Of a stretch of DNA of 64,000 nucleotides, positions 33,402 to 47,056 are shown piece by piece (position 1 is the first letter of the stretch; every line of letters starts with the position of its first letter). Source of the stretch: Schmidtea polychroa. Taxonomy: Eukaryota. The notes under the pieces are model-generated. The model ran no database searches. It saw nothing but the letters and a program-made list of their open reading frames with translations, and was not told the DNA's origin. Position numbers and translations under genes: made by a program. Location of the stretch: NCBI GenBank assembly GCA_044892525.1, contig CM097885.1, positions 200,136,001 through 200,200,000 of the forward strand, given 5' to 3'.

Positions 33402-36400
33402 ACTTTAAAATATACAAGGAGACTTTTAATCGAGTCCGATGAGACATTGATTAAAATCTTGAAATATTAATAAATTTGACCAAATTTTATTTATGATTTT
33501 TTTTTCCAATTTAAATGCACAACATCATCAATACATGTATTTACGTTGTATGTTCGTCCACCCGCTACTTTTGTTGATTAATTGCTACTATTATTTTATA
33601 TTTATTTTCTACTTTCAAATTAAAAGTAGAATAAGGTAAAATGGATTTTCTATAAATATTTCACTAAATGTAATTATTGGAGGACTTTGGAGACATAAAT
33701 TTATTATCAATGAAAACTGATTGTCTTTTAAAAGGAAGTGAATGTATTGTAAATATCTTGACCAGGATACACAAATACATATATAACAAATACAATATCG
33801 CACCTTTGACATTCAGAAATAAATTAAAAATGCAACATGCAAAAATATAATATTATTTCGAATAGATATTATTTACAGTCATCATATATTTCCTTTGTTT
33901 TAAAATGTTTGATCCATTCAACATTTCTAATTTTCGATTTCCCAGTCTGAAATTCGATCATGAAACTTATTTATTATGTTACCTGGATCCTCAGATCTAT
34001 CTATATTTTTATTTGCAACGTTTTTTTTACCTAGAATTCGATTTAATCTTACGTCATTGAAAATAATTCACATTCCTTATTTCCTTGTATTCGTTGTTGT
34101 AACTCTATTAAGCAAAAACTGATTTTAAATTCACATAAATGAAAAAATTAATGGGTATTCTTCTTTATTCTCTACGAATTGAAGTCCAAAAACGGTTTCT
34201 TTAAATCTGCAGCTGCCCTCAGATAACTAATATATTATTATTTTAGCGCGCATTTTCCAATTTTTATTTTTTCTTTTTCTTTTTATTTACCCTTCTAGTT
34301 AGTCCCCAGTCTCCCTCAATCAAAAAATACAATAATCGCCGTTTTTTCATTTCGGTGGGGCTGAACTAGATGCTCTCGAGCACCCGGCATTGCCCCTTGA
34401 ACTTGATTATGCGCGTCTGCAGTCTCTCCGCCTGCTGCTGGGCTTTCTCTCGATCTTTTCAGAGGTTCTCCATGAGCTGAAACACTGAAAAAATAAAGGG
34501 GCACTCATTTCAATTCATAGCTGGCACCTCAATGATCCACTTTCCATTCAAAAAATATAAATACATCTTTATCTACTATTGAGCACGCTCTTAACTCCCT
34601 CCAACTTTCAGTAACATACAATATAAGGGTTTAACTCAACACAACAATAATATATTAAAATACAAAAAAGATAAACAAGTTTTTTCTCCATCCCCAGTAC
34701 TCCATAATCACGCTAATTTACAAAAAAACGAGTTGTTAAATATGTGCACATCAGCGTGTGGTCATAATTAAGCATCAAAAGTGGTCGATGATCAAAAATT
34801 GTTTGTTAGTCTTTAGTCTTGTTGGGCGACCTCTCGGGGCCTTCCTCGTTTCCGAGGATTGGTCGGCTCGACTTCTACTTCCTCAACCGGATTGCCTGAT
34901 TCCACGGCCCGGATCTGGGCTTTCATCCGGCGCAGCTTGGCTACTGTGACATCTGCTTCTTGCCTGGCCAGATATAGGCTTCGTAGAGCTTGTCGTTTCG
35001 GGATTCGGTCTTCACCCATGTGGGAGCTCCCGGCTCGAATGACGGGACAAAGATCGGCTAGCCCGTCTCTAAAGCACAAACACCTGATCTGGAGATTGTA
35101 TGGAGATTGTTGAAGATATTGAACATCATCAGAGAGATCATTGCTAAGAAGACGAGGGTTTCTGTTTTGTTTTCGTTTGTTTTATGTCTTTCAGGTTATA
35201 TTTTGATTTGATCGGTTATTAGTTTGTCAGTATGCAAGATTAACTACTAGCTGGGGTTACTTTGATTGTCGTATTCTGCTACTATCTACGAACCAGTGTG
35301 TCCATGGGTGATCGTTGGCCAGATTCTACACCCAATTCCGAAATTTAGTAACCTCTATAATTCATGTTGGTGTGCACACCAGTTGAGGTGACTCGCCATT
35401 TACGTGAAAATGAAGTTAATAACTTCATTTATTCAATTTCTTAAAAATGGTTTTCAAGTATTTTTTTTAATTTCAAGTAACTTTTAAGACTTGAATTTTG
35501 ATTTTATATAATTATGAGATCATTATTCAAGTTCTTAAATATTACTGTTAGTCAGCATTTATAATATAACATTGATATTTAAATTTCAGGTGTTTTTTTA
35601 GGAATTTTATGACATTTTATGAATTTATTTGGAATTATTTGATAAAATGTAAATAAAATATATTTTTAACTATAAATAAATAAACTAATCACCGAAAACA
35701 TTAATTTTTTAATACAATTTGGAAAGAAGCGGCGTACATGTATGGAATAGTTTTTTAAATTTTTATAATCTTGTAAATATTATTTGTAATTATTTTTATT
35801 TATTTTATCTGTAATTATGTAATTATGTGGAGATATTGCTCCACTATGAATTGAAGCATTCTTGTTAATGTTCCCCATTCCCAAAGGCATTAATAAGCCG
35901 AATTTTTTTCATTTTCTGTATATCTATGAAAATATTATTTTATTCTAAATTATTTTATAATTAAATTTTACTATGTATTTTTTTTTCTCTGAAGCTCAAG
36001 GTAGAGTTGTCAGATTCTAAATTAAATGTATTTTCCTGCATAATTTTTTAATAATTTGAAAATAATTATATGTTAATAATATGTTAATGGGTATTTATTT
36101 CGGATCAAAAAACGCTGTAATAAATTTGCATGCATTTTTCATTGTGTTTTGTGTTGGTATGTTCAATTATTTTTCTCTCGCCTTCACAATTCCTATAATA
36201 AAGTTATTAAATTTCGGAACAATAAATTTCTACACACCGGTAAGTTTGTGTGTTCCTATACTATAAATTTATTGATTTTTTTTAGATTATAGAAGTTACT
36301 AAATTTCGGAATTAGGTGTAATGTTTCTCGGCAAATGTTTGTGAGTTAATGTGTTATGGTTAGCCTATTGCTGGATAAATCAATATCAGTACAATTTCAG

Positions 36401-37055
36401 CTGGTTAGGAAATTCAGATGTCTGGTGGCATTCGTATTTGTACTATTTTCAGGTAATTTGAATACTCGGTTTTAGATTGATTTAGTAGATTTCCGATAGT
36501 TGAAATAGAGCTTTGAAAAATTTCTGGATTTCCGATAGTTGAAACCAAAGCTTTGAAAAATTAATTGAGAATGAGTTTGAGTACTGCTAGGCTAAAATTG
36601 AATTTTTAAAGGGTGAAATATCTATGGAATCAACTCCTTATATAGCTTTTTTACTGTTAGTCGGACCAATCAGGATCAAGCTAGAATGTATATTTTTGAT
36701 TTTGAAAATCTTTTAGTTTATGACTAAATTCCAATCGTTCTGATTAGCTGTTTTAATTTTTTTCGTTTTAATTTAATGTTTAATTTTTTAGTTATTTTCT
36801 TTTTCTTTTGATCCTGCTTGGTCGATCCATCGCTTTTTATGCATAATTTTTCGCCTATACTCGCTGGTGTTTTCCTGTATTTTTGTGTCTTTTTTCGCTA
36901 TGGTTTTTTGTTGTTTTATTCCCCTTATTCTATGTTACATGTGCAACTTCTTGCATTTTCTGATATAATTACTTTTGTTTTATTTTTATTTTCTCTTGTT
37001 ATGCTTTTATTTTTTGTTTTTTGATATTTTTTTTAATTTATGCCTTTTCTAAATT

Positions 37056-37373
37056 TTATACGTTATTAATTTTATACCCTTCTTGCGCAAACACTTCTAC
37101 CCTTTCTCTAATGTTTGTCTCGTATACGTTGCAGCCTTTCAGTTTCTCTGTACAGTCTTGACAATAACATAGAAGAACGCAAGGTATCATCATTATGCGT
37201 ATCTCATTTTCTCTGCAAACAAAGCATTTTCTGAACTCTTTAACTTGATGTTCGATAGCTTCTCTTATCTCATCTTCGATCGTTTCCATCTTTATTTTTA
37301 GCTGTTGCCATTTATGTAAAATTTGGCATTGTCTAATCGTAGAATAAACTGTTCTAGATTTTTGATCAGTCTT
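37056..37373 (-). pseudogene. Decayed coiled-coil + IAP-type RING finger gene fragment
   Basis: CFVCRENEIRIMMIPCVLLCYCQDCTEKLKGCNVYETNIRERVEVF follows the IAP C-terminal RING pattern but lacks the His and last Cys ligands. The frame is open up to the LTR edge. Confidence 0.6.
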
Positions 37374-37733
37374 TGTAACGAATTACTAGTTACATCTCCG
37401 AATTTTTCATTTAACTCCAATTACAATTTATTAATTCAATAATTACCTATTTGCTACTAATCAGATTATTATTCACTCGCTCTTATCCATTTCCTCACGA
37501 TCCCCTTTAGTTATAGGCTACAAATTGCCTAGTTTCAATTATTTTATTCTATGCGTCTTATAACCCGTTTATTATGGACATAATTTTACACTTTCCCAAG
37601 ATTGTTAGTCTTAATTACGCTATATATAAACTTATATTTCATGATGTTTCGATTTATGCTTTTTTAAATTCTTTACACTAAAAAATTTTAAAATATTTTA
37701 TATGGATTAAATATTAATTTAATCCATATAACA
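37374..37733 (-). repeat. 3' LTR of a Ty3/Gypsy element (360 bp)
   Basis: Minus-strand termini TGTTA...CGTTACA, preceded by purine tract GGCGAGGGGCA. Confidence 0.6.
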
Positions 37734-37744
37734 TGCCCCTCGCC

Positions 37745-38470
37745 GACAATCGAAACGGTATCGTGGGTTTGGATTTCTTGTCTCTCTCTTTGGATAAATC
37801 TTTCTCTTTTGTTTTTACACTCGATTTTCTTAACCAAATATTGGTTTCTTTGTAATACTCTCTATCTCGAATTTCTTACCTATGTTCTTGATTACTTTAA
37901 TTTGGTTGATGTTTCTTCTTATTGTCTTCCTTAATTTATCCTGAATAATAAATGGACCTTCAAATTTCCTTTCAAAACCTTTTTTGTCTTCGTGTCTAAC
38001 CAACTCTAAGTCTCCGGTCCGTGAATCAAGAAAATAATCGATGATTCCAAGTATATAACCCCCCATTGTTGCTTTAATGGGTCCTGTTATGTCTATCCCA
38101 ATAATCTGGAAAGGTCTTTCATGTGAAAAATATCCAATTCAATTCTCTCCAAACACAATATTGAGATGTATTTGGGCTATCCAAATTCAAAAGCCACTTC
38201 TATGCTTGGCGATCAATCCTTACTATAAATTTGAATCCAAGTAGATAATGCTTAAATTTTAACACAAATATATAAATTGCCAGTAGTTCTTTCCTTGTTA
38301 TGCAATACTGTCTCTGACACTTACTCATAGTTTTTGATGCATAGCATAGTACTCTTCGCTTACTTGTATCTGCGACAAGACAGCTCCAATGCTATTATAC
38401 TATGCATCAGTGTCTAAAATATATTGCCCTTTCTTGTTTGGAAAGAGTCGATTTAAAATCCATAAATAAC
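37745..38470 (-). mobile_element. Internally deleted, decayed Ty3/Gypsy pol (RNase H and integrase fragments)
   Basis: YILDTDA*YNSIGAVLSQ, YASKTMSKCQRQYCITRKELLAI..FKHYLLG (RNase H); HERPFQIIGIDITGP..GYILGIIDYF joined directly to GDLELVR..FERKFEGPF (integrase). Confidence 0.85.
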
Positions 38471-39254
38471 CCTAGGACATTCAAATGACACCCACCCTAA
38501 TCGCCAACAGGGCATATTCTCATTCATTTGATTTTATAAAGCAAATCAATTTTCTGTTTGAATTCTAATATCGACGTCCAAAATCTAAATCTGACTCACT
38601 AGGTTTCCCTCGTTTGACCTACTAGTATCACGCTCACTAGGACCAGGAACTTTATTAATCGCTTCAATTAATTAATTTCAAAAAATAACCTTAGAAATTT
38701 ATCTTTTCATTTGAAACATCAATTTCCAACAATGAATATTGATTTTTAATCATCTTGAACACTTCATTGATTTTTCTTATTTTTGTTAAATTTAACTTAT
38801 TTAAAATCAAATACCCAACATAATTAAAAATTACCAATAATCAATAAAATAGATAAATGACCGATATTACCAATAATCAATAGTAATTATATCAATTGTT
38901 TAATTATTAATCAATAATTAATAATAATAATTTATAGTAATAAAAATAATCAATATTGGTAATAACAATCGATTGTAGTAAAAATAATAATTAGCGAGAA
39001 AAAGAAATTGAATACAAGTAAGAAATCAACGAAATATGCATTAGGATAACGAAATAAACCAATTAGATGGCGAGAATTTGTCACCGACCTCAACAGAAAC
39101 AATAATTGCCGTGTTAGTAAAACGGCCGTTGAGACAGTTGAACTGATATAATATATGGATGCATGTCAACGGCGAAAACAAAGCAACAGTGTAGTTATAT
39201 AGAAACAGAACTAAAGTCTTCAAAATTAATCATTAGAATATTATTTAGGAGTTT

Positions 39255-42200
39255 CTATTTGGACTTATCTTTAGATTTACGAAAAGAAAACATTTCCTTT
39301 AGCTTCTTCTTCTTTTTCTTGGCCCCAGAACCGGATTTATGGCCCTGCAGATTGTTAATTGCATCAAAATTCTAATTTATTGATTAACCTCGCGTTCTGT
39401 ATCGTCATGGCTCAAATCAGCGCCACTGGTATCAGAACGAATCGTTTCACCTTTTGCCGCTGCCACAGTAAGAGTCTGAGGCGCTGTAATTGCAAATTAA
39501 TCAAAATAAAAGTCGAAAGTCACAAATAGAGATTTAATAATAACATTCATCATGCAATAATTCTAGCAACTTACCAGCAGGAGCGGGCTCAGCATGCATT
39601 TCCTGCTGAATTGGAGCAGGCACAATAATTTCCTCTTCCTTTTCTGTAAGAAATAAAATAAACATGCAGATAGGGTTAACATAAATGGTATCCTTTATAT
39701 TGGAAATTTCCAACTAATCATTTCATAATCATTTCCATTGTAGGATTACAAGTTGCAAGAATTTTATTTTATTTATTCCAATGTAAAAAGTTAACATTAG
39801 GTTTTTAATGGAGGATAAATTTTGGGAAAAAAATTAGTCCATTTAAACAAAAAAAGATATTGCCATACTCTTCATATGTCAGTGACATTTTGTTTCATAT
39901 TTAAAATAAGTTTTCGGTAGTTTATTTTTAAGTATCTGTTGACCAATTGAATTTATTTTAATGGATTATCAATTTACTTAGTTTTTAAAATGACCAAAAA
40001 GCAAGAAAATTGAGATTCAATGCGAGCTGAATATGCTTGAAGTTTATAACCAATAATTTTTTAAGTCTAATATTGAATTTTCAAATCCAATTTGTAAGTG
40101 TCCATTAAGCTTTGTCAATAAATGAAGCATTGAGCGAGTAATATAAATAATATTACATACATTTGGTATTAAGAAATTCTCATTAACTTGGCATATTTAT
40201 AAATCTATTTTTAATATTAAAATTCATTACAATCGATGTAAAATAAAAATAATGTATGAATATATTTCACGTCATAATTATCTAATATTATATGTTGTAA
40301 ATAAATTAAAAATATATATTTATAAGTATTCGCAAAGCTTTGACAGGGAAATTTCTATGGGTACCTAGGGATCGCCTCTCAATATATACCTTTACCCAAT
40401 GTTCGTAGCGCCTTCCTTTGCTCAAACACTCGCAACAATGGCGTTATAAATTGGCTTGATTAATGCCTTGTTTATTTCCAATTTTATTTTGTGCAGCAGA
40501 ATAATAAAGCTAGTGGGAAATTTTTACAATGATGTTTGGAGATTTGTTATATAATCATTCCATAAAATTATCGACTTCGAAATTGTTATATTTTCATTTC
40601 TTAAACAATTATTAGTTATATTCGGTCATACACGTATGATTTATAAATCAAAGTCTACTGATAATATAGATTATCCATAGATTTACTATTTTGATACGAT
40701 ATTCATATCATCTCCGAGATTTGGCAAACCATCAAAATGTTAAATTTAATGAAGTATCAATTTCAGTTTATTATATATGTCAACATGTTATGCTTATGAA
40801 AATAATAATTGTAGTTTTTCAAAGTTATTTTTCAATATATTTTCAAATAAAGGCAAAATTAATAAGAATATAAAATTATTAAAAATTTAACTATAGAAAA
40901 TGGTATAAAACGAATACCAAATATCTGGCACTAGAGCGAATTTTGCAATAAAATTAGAATTTTTCACATTTATTATTGTTAGGAAATATATTTAATTGAA
41001 TGCCGATTACATGACTGATGTGTTGTTTTTGATATTTTGAATCGATAAATGGGAATTATTTCATGGCACATAAACACTCATGGCTAGTGTTTATGCACAA
41101 ACTGCACTTGATATTATAATAATTAATACACTCCATTTATAAATTTGTTCATTTGCTGTTTGCTAGATTGTCAATTAATTCCAAGCGGTGTTTCGAATAC
41201 ATTTTTATAAATCTCTGGAATTAATTTTGTATCCGTTAATAACTAGTACGATAACAGTGGATAGAATCACTTATCAATTCATTATTACAATAGATCCGTT
41301 ATATTGTTCAACAAAATGCCGAGTTCCGAGACTGAACTCATTTGAAACGCGTCGATATTCACATTTCTCTTGATATATTTCCAGATTAAAGGAAACTCAA
41401 CTAATTGTACAACTTACTTATATATAAAAATTGATTTTCTGATAATCATTTGATAATATTAATTTAAAATATAACATTTATTTTTGTTTCTATAATTAAA
41501 TTAAAATTGGTCATTAAGCATTATATATATCTGAAATAGAGAAAATAAATTGAACCTAGCATATATAAAAACCCCAAAAGTAACTTAAATATATTATTTA
41601 ATATTTAATTCTTTCAAATTAAATATAAAATGATGCTAATTAATTAAATTAGGATTGGTCAGTAAATAGACAGATTATTGGATTTTAAAAATACTTTTAT
41701 TTTATAATAAAAAATTAATTAATATTANNNNNNNNNNNNNNNNNNNNNNNNNNNNNNNNNNNNNNNNNNNNNNNNNNNNNNNNNNNNNNNNNNNNNNNNN
41801 NNNNNNNNNNNNNNNNNNNNNNNNNNNNNNNNNNNNNNNNNNNNNNNNNNNNNNNNNNNNNNNNNNNNNCAGTTGAATTTAAAAAAATGAAAAATTGTAA
41901 TTAATTTTAAAATAAATAGCAAAAATTTGAAAAATATCGATTCTCAGACTATTAAACGGGTTGAAAATCCTGTTCCATCTATTCATACCGTTAAATTGAT
42001 CTCTCCAGTGAATCACTGAAATTTATTGTCCTTCACCTAATTATTCTTTATTCTAATTGGTGCAGTGCCGTAGCCACGGGGGGCATGGGTGGGCAGTGCC
42101 ACCCCGTTGACTGACTTTGCCCCCCCCCCGTTATTTTCACCAAATAAATACGAAAATAACTTCAATTCAGCAATGGAAAATATGTATATAATTTATAATT

Positions 42201-45200
42201 ATATTTAATCATACAATTCGTACAAGTGATATTTATATTTAAATATAAATGACATAATTTAATTCATTATATTTAATTATAAAATATGTTACTATTACTT
42301 AATAATTAAATATATTGCATTAAATTCAGTATTTAATAATTAAATATAATTAATTAAATTACGTAATTTATAATTAAATATAAGTATTAATTAAATTGAA
42401 TAATTATCTGAATAAAATACTTATTGTAACTATGATCATTGTTTAAATTCGCCGACGTAAACTTCCACTTATTTAAATTCGCCGTCACTTATTTAACTCC
42501 TGGCGTCAATCCTAAGGTATGTCCATTTCAGACTATCATGCTGCTCAGCAGCTGTGATTCTTTTTATTTCATATCATTTAATTATTAATATATCTGAATT
42601 CATCAAACATCATTGATATCATTTAAAAAAACAACTATTTTTTCCTTCATAGTTATATTATTTTCTCTGTTTAGGTATCAATTATGGACATACGAAAATT
42701 CTTCGTCACAAAGTTATCCACTTGTGCGAATAAAAGCCCGATGATTACAGCTGTCACCAATATCCCAACAACACCTAAAAGTAGTATTGGAGAAAAGACA
42801 CTCATTTGTAATCAGATAAACTCAGCAGATGACACCTCTCATGAAATTCTGTCATCATCTGACACCGATCCATCATCCTCACAACCAATTTCTTCTTCAT
42901 TTGAACCAGTTCTATCATCATCTCAGCCAGTTTCATTGTCATCTCAGTCAGAACGACCTCTAGATCTCGGAGTTGATAAGCCTATGCAGCCAAAATTGTT
43001 CCCTTCAGCATACCCTAAAACAATGTTTGGTCAAGTTGAACGTCGCTTCAACCCAGCATGGTTCAACAATCACGATTGGCTGGAATATAGTAAAATCCGA
43101 GATGCGGCATTTTGCTTTCCGTGTTACAAGTTCTCGCATCTTGGATGTATATCGACACACCAGGCGGAATCAGAAGCTGCTTTTACTCACAAAGGCTATC
43201 GGAACTGTTAGCGAGGCTTAGTAAAGCATGAAAAGTCGAAGGCTCATGGAACCGCCATGGCACTCTGGAAAGATTTACAACATCGACAACTAATGGGACA
43301 GGAAGTTAGTACTAAGGTGAATGATGAGCAGTGCGAGAGGAACCGCTACTATGTTCGATCAATGATGGACATAATTTTCTTCCTAACAGCGAATGAATTA
43401 CCTCTACGAGGTACTCAAGATTCTGCAGGGCTTCAAAAGTTAGGCAGTGTGCTTGATGATACTTCAGAGCCAACTGAGCCATGTGGTCTATTTGTTAAAC
43501 TCTTTCAATACACTTTGCAGAAGGATCCCTACTTAGCAAGTGTATATAGTACCATTCCTCGGAATGCCTCTTACACGTCAGCCCAATTTCAAAATGAAAT
43601 TATTCACCACTTGGCTGATCTAGTTAAAGAAAGAATTGTAACAGAACTGGATGACAATTGGTTCACTATTATGTGTGATGGCACAAAGGATGTAAACGGA
43701 ATTGAAAATATCTCAATTGTTTTACGATTTGTCGATCTCAAGGGAAAAGTTCGTGAACGTTTGTTATGTATTGCAGACACATCTAAGCTGGATGCAGAGA
43801 GTTTGACACACTTATTGATCAATCATCTCCAGAAGAACAAGATTCGTCTTGATAGGATATTGGCTCAGTGTTATGACGGAGCCAGTGTCAATTCCGGACA
43901 CAAAGGTGGAATCCAATCTCTTCTGCAACAGCGGCTTCAGCGCAGAGTGCCTTATATTCACTGTTTTAACCATCAGCTGCATCTCGTGGTCTAGTATGCT
44001 GTTTCCTCAAACGAAACAGTGGCGCTGTACTTTAGTATCTGTCAACAGCTGTATGTATTCTTCCGTCGTCCCATTATCCAAGCCAAGTATAATGGAGAAT
44101 CACTAAAACGTGTATTGGAACAACGCTGGGAAGGTCATCTTTCAGCTGCTGTCACTGTGGGAAAGTTCCTCCAAGATATTCTCAAAGTTCTCGAAGATTG
44201 TGAAAAAGGTGTTGGAGAGATAGCAGTTATTGCCTCAGGAATCCTCAAAAGATTGGCGGACCCACAATTCCTCCTTCTTTCAAAATGTATGCCAGTGTTA
44301 TTAAACAAATTGAATGTTCCCAACAAACTCCTGCAATCCAAATCAATAACATTTCTAGAAGCTGCTGACTGTGTAAATACAACAAAGGAGATGATTCAAG
44401 CAATGAACAACGAGGAATCCTTTGAGGTCTATTGGTGCTGTGTAGAGAAGGAGACTGTTGCCTCTGTTGAGTCTGGCCATCCTCGCTTTAAAAGACAGCG
44501 CTTGATAAGCTCTCGATTGATAGACAATGAGTATGATCTTTCTCGACTTTCCACAGATAATTCCATAATGCAGTCTTACCCAAATACGGAACGCACACGA
44601 GCATGGCAGACATATCAGAATCTTTTAAATGGGTTTTTACATGAACTGAACAATCGTTTTGGGGAGTTGCAATGCGACATTGCAAAATCTGTGGAAGCCA
44701 CTCACCCTGCATCAAAAGACTTTCTTGAGAAAGCTGCTCTCCAGCCACTTGCCGACTTGGTAGGTTTGGTTCTTGATGATGTGGAATTACAACTTGCTAA
44801 GAAATTCTTCTCCCAAGAGACTGGCCGAGCAGAAGATCCTCGTTCCATCCAAACTTCACCTGTTTCAGAAGCAATGCCAACCATTCGCCAGATTATTGGA
44901 TTGGCTCGAACAATTGGTGTATCAACTGCTGTTTGTGAGTCTTCTTTTAGCACCCTGAATAGGGTTCTAACACCACAAAGGCGCTCTATGCTTCATCAGA
45001 GACAATCTGATTTGATTCTCATTTCCTACGAGAACGCATTGGCTAGAAGTGTTAAGGAGGATGGTAGTCTGATACGTCGCTTCTGGGAGAGTGGATCAAG
45101 AAGTCTTCAACTGTTTTGATTTATATTGTATTGTGCCTTTGTTAACTTTTTATTTACTGTAGTGTGCAATCAAGTATTCAACAGTTGCCGAATAAAACTC

Positions 45201-47025
45201 GTGTTTTAATCTCAATTTTTTATGAATCGAAATAAGGGAAAATTTGTTCTAAAACTACAAGATCATATTGCCCCTCCGCAAAATTGGTCTGCCCACCCGC
45301 AGACAAATTCCTAGCTACGGCACTGAATTGGTGGGACGCATAAGAAATTTATTTGTTAACGCATGCTAAAACAAATGATAATAAAAATTTAACTCCGATC
45401 AATAACAAAGTAAACAAATTAAAAATCGATTAATTGATATTATTGTGAATTTTATCGGATAAATATTGAATAAATCGATTTCAGATAATTCAAAAAGGGA
45501 AATAATATTCAATAAATAAACCAATAGAAAATCAATCAATAATCATTCAACAATCACAATCGATTAATTGCATTCCGAAATAAATTACCTTCAACATGAA
45601 CTACCGGCTCTGTAACAGGTGGTTTATCGATCGCAGGAGAACTAACACTGGGTTCTGCAACACTGTGTTCTGCTGAACTGGTTTCCTTCTTTGAAATTTC
45701 GGTGTCATCCGAAGGTAAGCCTAAGACTTTTCTTTTGTATTTCTTCAAATCATCATCGGTTACTCGATCGAAAGGATTTGGAGAAAAGCAACTCTGATAA
45801 ACACTGGGATCATGTCTGTGTTTTTTGTCAATGATGCCTCTGCTGACAGCTCCGACAAGCACAACTCGCCCAACTGACTCGTCATCGGGTACAACTTCGA
45901 CTTCAATTTCTTGATCTAAGTTTCGCAGAACTCGTGATTGATGACCAGCAGAAGTTTCATCACGAAAATATTTCCCCTTTACCTATGAGAAATTATATTC
46001 CGATGATTGTCTAGTTAGTTATTTTAATGTTTATTCTTTCCATCATTTCATGTTTGTTTTTTTATGTGATTATGTGCAGTATTAAATTATTATTATTATT
46101 ATTACTAGGGGCTTCGCTTCGCTTCACCAACCCCGTTAGAACGTGGGGTTAATGTTAAAGTCAATATCCAGGGTATTCTTGGACAGCAGTAAGATTCAGT
46201 TTATTAATATGTTTACATAACTATGACAAAAGATAATAGCATAAACCGTTTCTAAGTAATATAGAACGATAAGTAGAAAAGAATAAATACTTCATAAAAA
46301 AAATTAAAATTAAAAAAATAAATAAAATAAATAAAAAGTAAAATTCGGATGGAGGGGACCCTTAGCTTTTTATATATAGAGATATTATTATTTAAAAATA
46401 AAAATCAATTCTCCCTAGAAAATAACATACAATGGAGAATTATCAAATTCATATAAAAGGTTAAAAACCAGAGAAATATAAAAAAATCAATCCATTAAGG
46501 CAATTCGTCGATATTCACTCAGTTTACCATAGCAGTCCCACTACAGATTTTTTTAAGGAGACTCGGCTGGGCTTTATATTTCCTTGTTATACACACACTC
46601 TATCAACAATCTAATACACATTTTAACAACAACAGTTATCTATAATAATTATATTTGCACAAGAATCAGTATGAGTTATCGCGCATAAAAATTTTTATGT
46701 GTATACTTATTAAAAAGTGCTATTATCGATTTTTAAGTGAAAAAGTGCAAAGTGAAAATTATGCCAAAAAAGTGCAATTTCTGACTAGAAAGAGAGGTGA
46801 TTTTCTTAGATTTCAAGATTTCACCCAAACATGGTCCACAAAAAATATTTCTCATTTGTCGACATAGATTATTTGATATGAAAATAAACGAAAAGATTTC
46901 TTTTCGATATAAATTTCGCGTTTTCAAGGAATAATTTTTGGAACCAAGTATATTTAGTTGAGACATCCTTAACAAGAAAGTGGCATCTTGATTCAACTAA
47001 GAGGATTCTTTAATCAAGATCTCGA

Positions 47026-47056
<31 letters not shown>

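Noticed and set aside
39372-39388. 17-nt ultra-short intron in adducin
   Set aside because: A downstream CAG gives a 44-nt intron in the same frame, matching the local intron size class.
40380-40620. Jockey/I-like LINE RT C-terminal remnant (KLEINKALIKPIY) on the minus strand
   Set aside because: Only one short motif with stops; too weak to call without a search.
43209-43994. UAG stop-codon reassignment suggested by two in-frame TAGs in the hAT transposase
   Set aside because: Long host ORFs (innexin, adducin exons, Nopp140) have no in-frame TAG, and adducin ends on TAG right after its conserved basic tail; simple nonsense mutation suffices.
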